A DNA stretch of 64,000 nucleotides, from assembly GCA_964483695.1 (NCBI GenBank), contig CAZACZ010000002.1:3171-67170 (forward strand). The letters run 5' to 3'. This document shows positions 19,621-27,689 of the stretch, piece after piece. A program made the translations under genes and the position numbers. Position 1 is the stretch's first letter. The number at the start of each line of letters is the position of its first letter. This DNA is from an uncultured bacterium (lineage in GTDB: Bacteria; Deinococcota; Deinococci; Deinococcales; Trueperaceae). The notes beneath the pieces were generated by a model that searched no databases, was not told where the DNA came from, and saw nothing but the letters and a program-made list of their open reading frames with translations.

Positions 19621-20217
19621 ATGTCGAACGCAACCGTCGAATCCGCCCGGCCCGCCGCCGCGCCCGCCACCCTGAACGGTCTGAACCTGAAGCAGATGAC
19701 CGACACCGTGGCATTGCTCCGGCAGCAGCCCTCCCTCGCGAAGTTCGAGTTCCGGAACCAGAACCGTTGGGTCGACGGAGGTGAGAACCGCTCTCGCATC
19801 CAAGGCTTCTACGGTGCCGGCCAAGAGGACAGCTCGCGCGCCACCGCCTTCGAGTTCGTGAACGGCGAACCACCCGTGCTGCTCGGCAACAACGAGGGCG
19901 CCAACCCGGTCGAGTACCTACTGCACGCGCTGGCCGGTTGCGTCACGACCACTACGGTGGTGCACGCGACCGCCCGCGGGATCAAGGTCAACCGCATCTC
20001 CACCGAGATCGAAGGCGACCTCGACGTGCAGGGCTTCCTCGCGCTCGACGAGTCGGTGACGCCTGGGTACCAGCAGATCCGCTTCCGCATGGACATCGAT
20101 GCCGATTGCAGCGACGAGGAACTCGAGGACCTGCTCTCCTTCGCCCCCTACCTCTCGCCGGTGTTCAACACCATCACGCGACCGGTGCCGATCGCCTTCG
20201 AACGCCGCCGACGTTGA
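19621..20217 (+). CDS. OsmC/Ohr-family peroxiredoxin-like protein
   Basis: The ATG is preceded by AGGAGGA. It has NPVEYLLHALAGCVTTT and a C-terminal OsmC-like fold sequence. The listed ORF 19111.. is an upstream over-extension. Confidence 0.75.
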   Translation: MSNATVESARPAAAPATLNGLNLKQMTDTVALLRQQPSLAKFEFRNQNRWVDGGENRSRIQGFYGAGQEDSSRATAFEFVNGEPPVLLGNNEGANPVEYLLHALAGCVTTTTVVHATARGIKVNRISTEIEGDLDVQGFLALDESVTPGYQQIRFRMDIDADCSDEELEDLLSFAPYLSPVFNTITRPVPIAFERRRR

Positions 20218-20266
20218 CCCAAGCCGCGCCGCACTCGAACCAGAAGGCGCCTCGGTCGAACCGCGG

Positions 20267-20300
20267 AGACGGTGCACGGGAACCATCCCGTCCACCGTCT
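20267..20300 (+). terminator. 15-bp stem (one mismatch) / ACCA loop hairpin downstream of the osmC-like gene
   Basis: AGACGGTGCACGGGA-ACCA-TCCCGTCCACCGTCT followed by TCCTGCTT. It lies between convergent genes. Confidence 0.5.
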
Positions 20301-20336
20301 TCCTGCTTGGGCTTGCCGGCCCCCGCTCGACCGGGC

Positions 20337-20969
20337 TCAGCCAGCGGCGCCCTTCGCCCGCCGCACCTCGTGCAGCAGGAGCCGCGTCACCGCCGCGTGG
20401 CAGGTGGGGCAGGTGCGGTCGGTGCCCAGCACCGGCGCCAGGTCCTCGAAGGTGGTCACGCCGTGGTCGCGGATCGCGCGACGCACGGTGTCGCTGTCCA
20501 GCCGGTGGTGCTCGCACACGTCGTACTGCGGCTTGGCGCGCAGCTTCCAGCGGCCGGGGTCGGCCCGGTACTCGGCGTAGCGCGCCTCCCAGAAGCTGCG
20601 TTCGAACGCCACCATGGCGATCTCGAAGCCGACGGCGTCCGCCGCCAGCGTCTGGCCCGCCGCGACGAGGCGCTCCTCTTCCTCGAGGAACGGCACCTCG
20701 AACGCCACCAGCAGGTCCACGGCGTCGGGCAGCAGCGTGCGCTCGCCCTCCGTGCCCCCGAAGCCGGTGGCGCCGTCCACCGTTCCCGCCAGCGCCCGCA
20801 GCCTCTTCGCCGTCCACGGCGATTCCGGCGCCTCGAGCATCGCGAGCGGCAGCACCAACTCCTTGGCCTCCCGGACCTGGTCCAGGACGGCCTCGATGAA
20901 CGCGCGCTGGGTGCGGATGGCGGCGGTGGCCTCCGCCTGCGCGCCAGGTCGCTCGGCAGCTCCTGGCAT
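20337..20969 (-). CDS. Hydrogenase-cluster-associated hypothetical protein with C-terminal BFD-like (2Fe-2S-type) motif
   Basis: 210-aa ORF. Its ATG overlaps the hypE stop (ATGA at 20967-20971). The C-terminus has C152-x-H154-x32-C187-x2-C190 in a BFD-like context (VRRAIRDHGVTTFEDLAPVLGT..TCPTC). Confidence 0.6.
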   Translation of the reverse strand: MPGAAERPGAQAEATAAIRTQRAFIEAVLDQVREAKELVLPLAMLEAPESPWTAKRLRALAGTVDGATGFGGTEGERTLLPDAVDLLVAFEVPFLEEEERLVAAGQTLAADAVGFEIAMVAFERSFWEARYAEYRADPGRWKLRAKPQYDVCEHHRLDSDTVRRAIRDHGVTTFEDLAPVLGTDRTCPTCHAAVTRLLLHEVRRAKGAAG

Positions 20970-22012
20970 CAGCAGATCCTCGGCAGCTGTTCCTCGATGG
21001 GCATCTCCAGCACCCTCCTGCTGCCGTAGGCGGTCTCGACCAACGCCACCCCCTCGGGCTTCTTCACGATGTCGCCGATGACGGCGGCCTCGCGGCCGAG
21101 CGGGTGCGCCTTCATGGCGCCGAGCGCGGCCTCGGTCTCCTCCGGCGGGACGATCAACAGGACCTTGCCCTCGTTGGCGGCCAGCAGCGGGTCGATGCCG
21201 AGCATCTCGCTGTACTGCGCGACGAGGTCGTGGATCGGAACAGCCACGTCGAACACCCGCAGGCCGAACGGCCGGCGCAGCACCACCTCGTTCGCCACCG
21301 CCGCCAGCCCGCCGCGGGTCACGTCACGCATGAAGCGCACGTTCGGCGCGACCTCCAACACGCGCTCGATCAGGCCGTTCAGCGGCGCCACGTCCGAGAC
21401 GAGATCGACCGAGAGGTCGAGCCCCTCCCGACGCGACATCACCGCGATGCCGTGATCGCCGAGCGTGCCGTTCACCAACACCTTGTCGCCGGGGCGCACG
21501 TGCTCGACGCCGATGCGCACGTGCTCCGGCAAGAACCCGACGCCCGCGGTGGTCACGAAGATGCCGTCGCCCTTGCCGCGCTCGAGCACCTTGGTGTCGC
21601 CCGCCACGATGGCCACGCCGGCCTCGTCGGCGGTCGCTTTCATGGAGCGCACCACCTTCTCGAGCACGGCCATGTCGAAGCCCTCCTCGAGCAGGAACGC
21701 GGCCGTGAGGTAGGCGGGCTTGGCGCCCATCACCGCTAGGTCGTTCACCGTCCCCGCCACCGCCAGGCGACCGATGTCGCCGCCGGGGAAGAACGTCGGC
21801 TTGACGGTGTGCGAGTCGGTGGCGAACGCGATGCGCCCGCCCGGGTTGGCTACGACGGCGGCGTCGGTCAGCTCGCGCAGCGGCGCGCTGCCGAAGGTGG
21901 CCACGAACAGCTCCTCGATCAGCTCGAGGCTGAGCCTGCCGCCCGAACCGTGCGCCAAGCGCACGGTGTCGTAGCGCGAGGCCGGGCCGCTTCGCTCAGA
22001 CGGTCTCGACAT
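20969..22012 (-). CDS. hypE: Hydrogenase maturation protein HypE (carbamoyl dehydratase)
   Basis: AIR-synthase-like sequence ending in the canonical PRIC C-terminus. Start ATG 22012 (MSRPSE). The listed 475-aa ORF is over-extended. Confidence 0.9.
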   Translation of the reverse strand: MSRPSERSGPASRYDTVRLAHGSGGRLSLELIEELFVATFGSAPLRELTDAAVVANPGGRIAFATDSHTVKPTFFPGGDIGRLAVAGTVNDLAVMGAKPAYLTAAFLLEEGFDMAVLEKVVRSMKATADEAGVAIVAGDTKVLERGKGDGIFVTTAGVGFLPEHVRIGVEHVRPGDKVLVNGTLGDHGIAVMSRREGLDLSVDLVSDVAPLNGLIERVLEVAPNVRFMRDVTRGGLAAVANEVVLRRPFGLRVFDVAVPIHDLVAQYSEMLGIDPLLAANEGKVLLIVPPEETEAALGAMKAHPLGREAAVIGDIVKKPEGVALVETAYGSRRVLEMPIEEQLPRIC

Positions 22013-23207
22013 GGAGCCTCTCCTTGTGCATGCCGTAGACGTACCAGGCGCGGCAGGTGCCCTCGTGGCTGACCATGCACGGCCCGTACGGGTTGTCGGG
22101 GGTGCATAGCTTGCCGAACACGCCGCACGCGTCGGGGCGGATCTGCCCGAGGGTGACCTCGGCGCAGCGGCAGCCCTTGGGGTGCTCGGCGCCGCGCAGC
22201 TCGAGCGGATCGAGCTGCCCGGCGAAGCGCCGCGCCGCGCTGAAGCGCTGGTAGGCCGGACGCAGCTTGTACCCCGAGGCGGGGATCTCGGCGATCCCGC
22301 GCCAGCGGATCGGTGCGAGCTCGAACACCTCGTCCAGCTCCTGCTTGGCGCGCTCGTTGCCGTCGTAGCGCACCAGCCGGCCGTAGGGGTTGGCAACGGT
22401 GGGCGCGTCAGCCGCGATCTGCTCCAGCAGCGACAGCACCCCCGCCATCACGTCCACCGGCTCGAAGCCGCCAGAAGCGCACGCGATCCCGCGCCTCGCT
22501 AGGTGCTCGTACACCCGCAGGCCGGTGATGGTGGCGGCGTGCCCAGGCAGCAGGAACCCCTCGATGTCGAAGCCGTCCAGGTCGGGCAGCAAGCTGGTGG
22601 CGGGCGGGGTGTAGTAGTTCGCCTCGATGATGCTGAAGTTCTCCGGCGCACCGCGCTTGAGGAGCGCCGCCACCGCCACCACCGTGGTCTCGAAGCCGAC
22701 CGAGAAGAACACCACCTGCCGTTCGGGGTGGTGCTCGGCCAAGCGCTTGGCGTCGAACACGCTGTACACCGCGCGCACGTCGCCGCCTTGGGCGCGAGCG
22801 TCGAGCAGGCTCATGCGCACGTCGCCGCGCCGTTCGCCCTTCAAGGGGATGCTTCCGGGCACCGCCAGCATGTCGCCGAACGACGCCAGCGTCACGCCGG
22901 GCACGAGCGACAGCTGGATCGCCATGTTGATGTACTCGTTGTCGCACACGCACACCGGGCAGCCGGGGCCCGCCAGGACGCTCACGCTGGACGGCAGCAG
23001 GTCGCGGAGCGCGAAGCGGCCGATCTCGTGCTCGTGCGTCCCGCAGATGTGCATCAGCTTCACCGGCCGCCCGATCTCGGCCGCCACGGCGGCGATCTTC
23101 CGCTGCAGCACTGCCACCAAGCTGGGGTCGCGGTAGGTGTCGGGGCGGTAGCTGTCGGGGCGGTACGACCCGGCGGTCACGGCGCGGACGTCCGCCTCGT
23201 CAGCCAC
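21996..23207 (-). CDS. hypD: Hydrogenase maturation protein HypD
   Basis: Motifs HICGTHEHE, GPGCPVCV and FETT identify HypD. Start tentatively at GTG 23207, overlapping the hypC stop; the ORF is open up to 23264. Confidence 0.85.
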   Translation of the reverse strand: MADEADVRAVTAGSYRPDSYRPDTYRDPSLVAVLQRKIAAVAAEIGRPVKLMHICGTHEHEIGRFALRDLLPSSVSVLAGPGCPVCVCDNEYINMAIQLSLVPGVTLASFGDMLAVPGSIPLKGERRGDVRMSLLDARAQGGDVRAVYSVFDAKRLAEHHPERQVVFFSVGFETTVVAVAALLKRGAPENFSIIEANYYTPPATSLLPDLDGFDIEGFLLPGHAATITGLRVYEHLARRGIACASGGFEPVDVMAGVLSLLEQIAADAPTVANPYGRLVRYDGNERAKQELDEVFELAPIRWRGIAEIPASGYKLRPAYQRFSAARRFAGQLDPLELRGAEHPKGCRCAEVTLGQIRPDACGVFGKLCTPDNPYGPCMVSHEGTCRAWYVYGMHKERLHVETV

Positions 23208-23430
23208 GGGTCTCCGGCTCCAGGTACTCGGCGATGAGCCGTAGGTTCGCCGCCGCTTCTGCACGCTCGATCTTGGCGATCGCGAACCCGGCGTGGACCA
23301 CCACCCAGTCGCCCGGCTTCAGGTCTTCCACCAAGCCGATGAAGCAGTGCTGCGTGCCGTTCCCGAGCCGGATCAGGCAGCTGTCCTGGCTCAGGACGTC
23401 GACGACCTCGTGGGGGATGCCTAGGCACAT
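23200..23430 (-). CDS. hypC: Hydrogenase maturation chaperone HypC/HupF family
   Basis: Starts MCLGIP (essential Cys2). About 76 aa with an OB-fold-like sequence. Confidence 0.85.
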   Translation of the reverse strand: MCLGIPHEVVDVLSQDSCLIRLGNGTQHCFIGLVEDLKPGDWVVVHAGFAIAKIERAEAAANLRLIAEYLEPETRG

Positions 23431-23560
23431 GGGCGCGCTCCCTCGCATGCAGCGGCGGGCCGGGTGGGCCCCTGCGGGCCTCGTCCCCGGTCCTTCGATG
23501 CGTCATGGTGGGCTTCTGCGCCGCAACGCGGCCAGTGCCGAATGTCCTCGCGACCGGCGC

Positions 23561-24301
23561 TCAGCCCGCGCTCGCCGCCAAGCCGGCCGCCTTCTCGCGC
23601 CGGCGATCGCGCAAGTACGCGAGCCACGCGTCAACGCCGTTGCCGGTGCGCGCCGAGAGTTCGAAGACGGTGGCGCCGGGCGCCACCTTGCGCACGTTGT
23701 CGAGCGCGCGCTCGCGGTCGAAGCCGACGGCCTCGGCGATGTCGATCTTGTTGATCACCACGGCGTCGGCGTCCTTGAAGATGCGCGGGTACTTGATGGG
23801 CTTGTCCTCACCCTCGGTGACCGACATCATCGTGACGCGCAGGTCCTCGCCCAAGTCCCAAGCAGCTGGGCACACCAGGTTCCCGACGTTCTCGATCACC
23901 AGCACGTCGAGCCCGGCAAGGTCGAGCTGCTCGACCGCGCGAGCGACCATCTCGGCCTCTAGGTGGCACACCGCGCCGGTGGCGATCTGCACCGACGGCG
24001 CGCCGGCGGCGTTGAGGCGCACCGCGTCGTTGTCGGTCTCGAGGTCGCCCACCACTACTGCCAGCGCCAGCTCGGGCGAGAGCGCACGCACCGTGCGCTC
24101 GAGCAAGGCGGTCTTGCCGGAGCCAGGTGCCGACACCACGTTCAGCACCAGGCACCCGGCGAACGCATCGCGGTTCTGCTTGGCGACCTCGTCGTTGAAC
24201 ACCATCAACGACTTCTGCACTTGCACGACCCGCGCGCCAGGCGCGGCGCCGGTGCCGTGCGGGCTAACGCGTACGTCGCGGGTGGTCGGGTCGGTGGGCA
24301 T
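23561..24301 (-). CDS. hypB: Hydrogenase nickel-incorporation GTPase HypB
   Basis: P-loop SAPGSGKT, metal-site VCHLEA, ENVGNLVCP and NKID motifs. The ATG overlaps the hypA stop (ATGA at 24299-24303). No His-rich or CxxCGC N-terminus. Confidence 0.9.
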   Translation of the reverse strand: MPTDPTTRDVRVSPHGTGAAPGARVVQVQKSLMVFNDEVAKQNRDAFAGCLVLNVVSAPGSGKTALLERTVRALSPELALAVVVGDLETDNDAVRLNAAGAPSVQIATGAVCHLEAEMVARAVEQLDLAGLDVLVIENVGNLVCPAAWDLGEDLRVTMMSVTEGEDKPIKYPRIFKDADAVVINKIDIAEAVGFDRERALDNVRKVAPGATVFELSARTGNGVDAWLAYLRDRRREKAAGLAASAG

Positions 24302-24648
24302 CACGTCACCTCCAGGTGGCTCACGTGCATCTCGCGTCCTTGCCGCAGGTCGGCCGACGGCGTGCCGCAGGTCGGGCACAGGGCGATCCCGAAGCGGTTG
24401 TCGAGTTCGAACGCCGCCTCGCACGTTCGACAGTACGCGATGGCCGGCAGGTACGTCACGTCGAGTCGAGCATGCTCCGCCATGGTGCCTTCGCGCGCGG
24501 CGCCGAAGGCGAACTCGAGCGCTTCCGGCACGACCCCGGCCAGCGCGCCGATCTCGAGGTGGATGGCGTCGATGCGCGACGCGCCGTCCTGGCGCGCCGC
24601 GTCTTCGGCAACGCGCAGCATGCTCAGCACCAGGCTCAGTTCATGCAC
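24301..24648 (-). CDS. hypA: Hydrogenase nickel-insertion protein HypA
   Basis: MHE N-terminus and zinc motifs CRTC...CPTCG. 115 aa. Confidence 0.9.
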   Translation of the reverse strand: MHELSLVLSMLRVAEDAARQDGASRIDAIHLEIGALAGVVPEALEFAFGAAREGTMAEHARLDVTYLPAIAYCRTCEAAFELDNRFGIALCPTCGTPSADLRQGREMHVSHLEVT

Positions 24649-25198
24649 GCCCCAGCACCAACTCCTCGGCGTCCAGCACGTCCTCGGCGCGCACGTCGTG
24701 ACGCACCGAGACGGGCACGGCGCCGTGCCGTTCGAGTTCGGCCAGGACCACGCGCGCGAGCGCCTCCATGCGCCCGCGCACGGCGTCGCCGAGGATCACC
24801 CCGACCTCGCCGGTCTCGAACTGGAGCGGGGCCACGCCGATGGCGACGATCGTCACCTCCGGTAGGTCGCCGTGCAGCTCCATGGCGGTGAGCAGGTCCG
24901 GCACCTCCCACTCGTGCGACGACAGCTTGCCGTACCCCACCTCGGCCGGCACGTGCTTGCGGTCGAAGCGGTACACCTTCCCCGGCGGAGCGGCCACGGC
25001 GTCGACCAACACGACATGATCGTACGCGGCGATGAGGTCGAGCAGGTGCCAGCCGAGGGTGCCGCCGTCGACGAGGTCGACGTGCTCCGGGAACACGTAC
25101 TTCTTGCGCAGGTAGTGCACCAGATGCACGCCCGCTCCTTCGTCCCCGTAGTAGACGTTGCCGACACCCAGGACGAGGAGCGGGCGCGCTTCGCTCAC
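24641..25198 (-). CDS. Hydrogenase maturation endopeptidase (HyaD/HupD-like) for the group-1 enzyme
   Basis: LVLGVGNVYYGDEGAGVH...DGGT...H motifs. The GTG start overlaps the cytochrome b stop (GTGA at 25195-25198). Confidence 0.8.
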   Translation of the reverse strand: MSEARPLLVLGVGNVYYGDEGAGVHLVHYLRKKYVFPEHVDLVDGGTLGWHLLDLIAAYDHVVLVDAVAAPPGKVYRFDRKHVPAEVGYGKLSSHEWEVPDLLTAMELHGDLPEVTIVAIGVAPLQFETGEVGVILGDAVRGRMEALARVVLAELERHGAVPVSVRHDVRAEDVLDAEELVLGRA

Positions 25199-26001
25199 GA
25201 CGCCGTGCCCTTCTTGGTGCCCAGGTCTTCCAGCTCCGCCGGGCGGGCGGCCACGTCGTCGGCGCGGAACCCCGACACCATCGACTCGACCAGCATGTTG
25301 CCGGAGCGGAGGCTGTTCCACACCACCATGTAGAGGTGGATGCCGGTGAAGACCACGAACCACAGCATGGTGAAGCGGTGGATGGCGCGCACGTTGGCGA
25401 GGCCGCCGAGCCACACCTCGATGGGGCGCAGCAGGTTGGCGCCGACGTCGGCCAGGCCGCCGTGCACGTACGGTGACGCCAGCAGGATGCCGGTGACGCT
25501 GATGACCAGCAGCGAAGCGTAGAGCGCGGTGTAGGTCAGGTACTGCAGCGGTCCGTAGTTGCTGTAGGTGAAGTGCGGGTGCTCGCGCTTGAGGAGCAGG
25601 TAGAACCCCAGCTGGTCGCGCCAGGCGCGCCAGTTGAAGAGGATGGGGAACATCCGGACTTCACGCCCCAGCCCCAGCCGGCCGTCGGCGCGCACGAACA
25701 GGAACTGGTAGATGCGCGCCAAGGTGAAGGCCAGCAGCACCCAACCGGCGGCGACGTGCCACCCGCGCACCTGCGCCATGACGAAGTTCGCAGACGTCTC
25801 GGTGAGCAGGTTGCGCGCTAGGAACGGGTTGCCGATGTAGATGCCGGACAGCACCATCCAGATCAGCACGAGGTTGCGGATCCAGTGCGCGATGCGCACG
25901 TAGCGGCCGAAGACGTACACCACCATCTTGGGGCGCCCCGGGCGCTCGAGCACGACCGCGCGCACGCGCCGCGTCCGGCTGGTCTCGGTGGTCACGGTCA
26001 C
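25195..26001 (-). CDS. Ni/Fe-hydrogenase b-type cytochrome subunit (HyaC/HupC-like)
   Basis: Four TM helices with conserved His (RIAHWI, RGWHVAAGW, AIHRF, GIHLY). The GTG start overlaps the large-subunit stop (GTGA at 25998-26001). Confidence 0.8.
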   Translation of the reverse strand: MTVTTETSRTRRVRAVVLERPGRPKMVVYVFGRYVRIAHWIRNLVLIWMVLSGIYIGNPFLARNLLTETSANFVMAQVRGWHVAAGWVLLAFTLARIYQFLFVRADGRLGLGREVRMFPILFNWRAWRDQLGFYLLLKREHPHFTYSNYGPLQYLTYTALYASLLVISVTGILLASPYVHGGLADVGANLLRPIEVWLGGLANVRAIHRFTMLWFVVFTGIHLYMVVWNSLRSGNMLVESMVSGFRADDVAARPAELEDLGTKKGTAS

Positions 26002-27686
26002 ACCTCCACTTCGTGCTGCGCGATCTCCTGCCCGTCGCGGTTGAGCACGTGCACGGCGCACGCCAGGCACGGGTCGAAGGAGTGGATGGTGCGCACCACC
26101 TCGAGCGGGCGGGTCGGGTCGGCCATCGGCTGCCCGACGAGCGACGCCTCGTACGCGCCGCGTTGCTCGCGCGCGTCCTTGGGTCCGGCGTTCCAGGTGG
26201 TCGGCACGATCGCCTGGTAGTTGGCCACGAACCCGCCCTTGACCGTCAGCCAATGGCTGAGGCTGCCGCGCGGCGCTTCGCCCATCGCCCAGCCCTCGCC
26301 GTCCTTGGCGGTGTAGCGGTGGAAGAAGCGGTCGTCGCCGCCCGCCACGCTGCTGGTGAGCTGGCCGATGAGCGTGGGGATGTAGTCACCGACGAGCTTC
26401 GACTCGAGCCCGCGGGCCACGGTGCGGCCTAGGGTGGAGTACCAGAACTCGAACGGGACGCCGAGCTTCTCGGTGTAGCCGTCCATCAGGGTGCGCACGC
26501 GCTCGTTGCCGCCGGCGTACGCCACCAGGAACCGCGCAAGCGGGCCCACCTCGACCGGCATGCCGTCGTAGCGCGGCGCCTTGACCCAGCTGTAGCCGCC
26601 CTCGGTCTTGAGCGTGCCGTCGGCGGCGAACCCTTCGTACGCGGGGTTGGTCTGGCCCTGCAGCGGGTGGAGCGAGGTGGCGCCGCCCTCGTAGGTGTAC
26701 CAGGAGTGCGCGACCTCTTCGCCGATCTTCATCGGATCGACGGGATGCGCCTTGCTCATGTCCCGGTCGATCACCAGGCCGGGCTGCAGCAGGAAGCTGC
26801 TCTGTTCCCACGGCAACTCGTCGAGCGCCATCGCCCCGAAGCTCATGTAGTTGCGCACGCCGGCGCCGTGGCCGGCCAGCGCCTCGTCGCGGTAGCGCCG
26901 CCCGAGCAGCTCGAGGTCGGGCAGGTAGGCGCGCTCCACGAAGTCCATCGTCTTCGCCATCAGGAACTGGTACTCGGCGATGCGGTGCGCGTCGAGCGCG
27001 TCGCGTGCGGCCGTCACGCCCCCCACCACGAGGCTCTGCGGGTGCGGGTTCTTGCCGCCGAAGACGGCGGTCGCCTTGGCGCTGAGGCGCTGGATGGCGA
27101 GGTTGTCGAGGTAGTGCGACGCGAGGATGAGGTTCTCCTCGGGCGTCAGCAGGTACTTCGGGTGGCCCCAGTAGCCGCCCGCGAACGGGCCGAGCTGGCC
27201 GCTCTGCGCGAACGCGCTCAGGCGCTCGAGCACGCCGCGGTAGTGGCTCTCCGAGGCGTTGTAGGCCTGGTCGTGGTACTGCAGCGCGATCTCGGTGGCG
27301 AGGACGGGGTCGGCGCCGAGGGCGCTGATGACGTCCCACCAGTCCATCGAGTGCAGTTGGTAGAAGTGCACGGTGTGGTCGTTGACGTACTGCGCCGCCC
27401 AGATGAGGTTGCGCAGCAGGCGCGCGTTCGGTGGGATGGTCACGCCGTAGGCGCGTTCGGTGGCTTGCACGCCGCGTTCGTAGTGGTGGTAGGTGCACAC
27501 GCCGCAGATGCGCTGGGCGAACAGGCCGACGTCGCGCGGATCGCGCCCTTGCATGATCTTCTCGAAGCCGCGGAAGGCGGTGCTGCTGCTCGAGGCCTCC
27601 TCGACCAGGCCGTCATCGCCGACCTCGATCTCGATCCGCAGGTGCCCCTCGATGCGCGTGATGGGGTCGATCACGTGTTTGGCCAC
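25998..27686 (-). CDS. [NiFe]-hydrogenase large subunit, group 1 (membrane-bound H2-uptake type)
   Basis: PITRIEGH, RICGVCTYHH and C-terminal HSFDPCLACAVH followed by a 15-residue cleavable tail. It is colinear with my recollection of E. coli HyaB. Confidence 0.92.
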   Translation of the reverse strand: MAKHVIDPITRIEGHLRIEIEVGDDGLVEEASSSSTAFRGFEKIMQGRDPRDVGLFAQRICGVCTYHHYERGVQATERAYGVTIPPNARLLRNLIWAAQYVNDHTVHFYQLHSMDWWDVISALGADPVLATEIALQYHDQAYNASESHYRGVLERLSAFAQSGQLGPFAGGYWGHPKYLLTPEENLILASHYLDNLAIQRLSAKATAVFGGKNPHPQSLVVGGVTAARDALDAHRIAEYQFLMAKTMDFVERAYLPDLELLGRRYRDEALAGHGAGVRNYMSFGAMALDELPWEQSSFLLQPGLVIDRDMSKAHPVDPMKIGEEVAHSWYTYEGGATSLHPLQGQTNPAYEGFAADGTLKTEGGYSWVKAPRYDGMPVEVGPLARFLVAYAGGNERVRTLMDGYTEKLGVPFEFWYSTLGRTVARGLESKLVGDYIPTLIGQLTSSVAGGDDRFFHRYTAKDGEGWAMGEAPRGSLSHWLTVKGGFVANYQAIVPTTWNAGPKDAREQRGAYEASLVGQPMADPTRPLEVVRTIHSFDPCLACAVHVLNRDGQEIAQHEVEV

Positions 27687-27689
27687 GGC

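Noticed and set aside
25998-27686. Possibility that the group-1 enzyme is a [NiFeSe] or a high-affinity 1h/2a-type hydrogenase.
   Set aside because: The C-terminal motif is DPCLAC with ordinary Cys codons and no in-frame TGA. The small subunit has a Tat signal and membrane anchor, and a HyaC-type cytochrome b follows. 1h and 2a enzymes lack these features.
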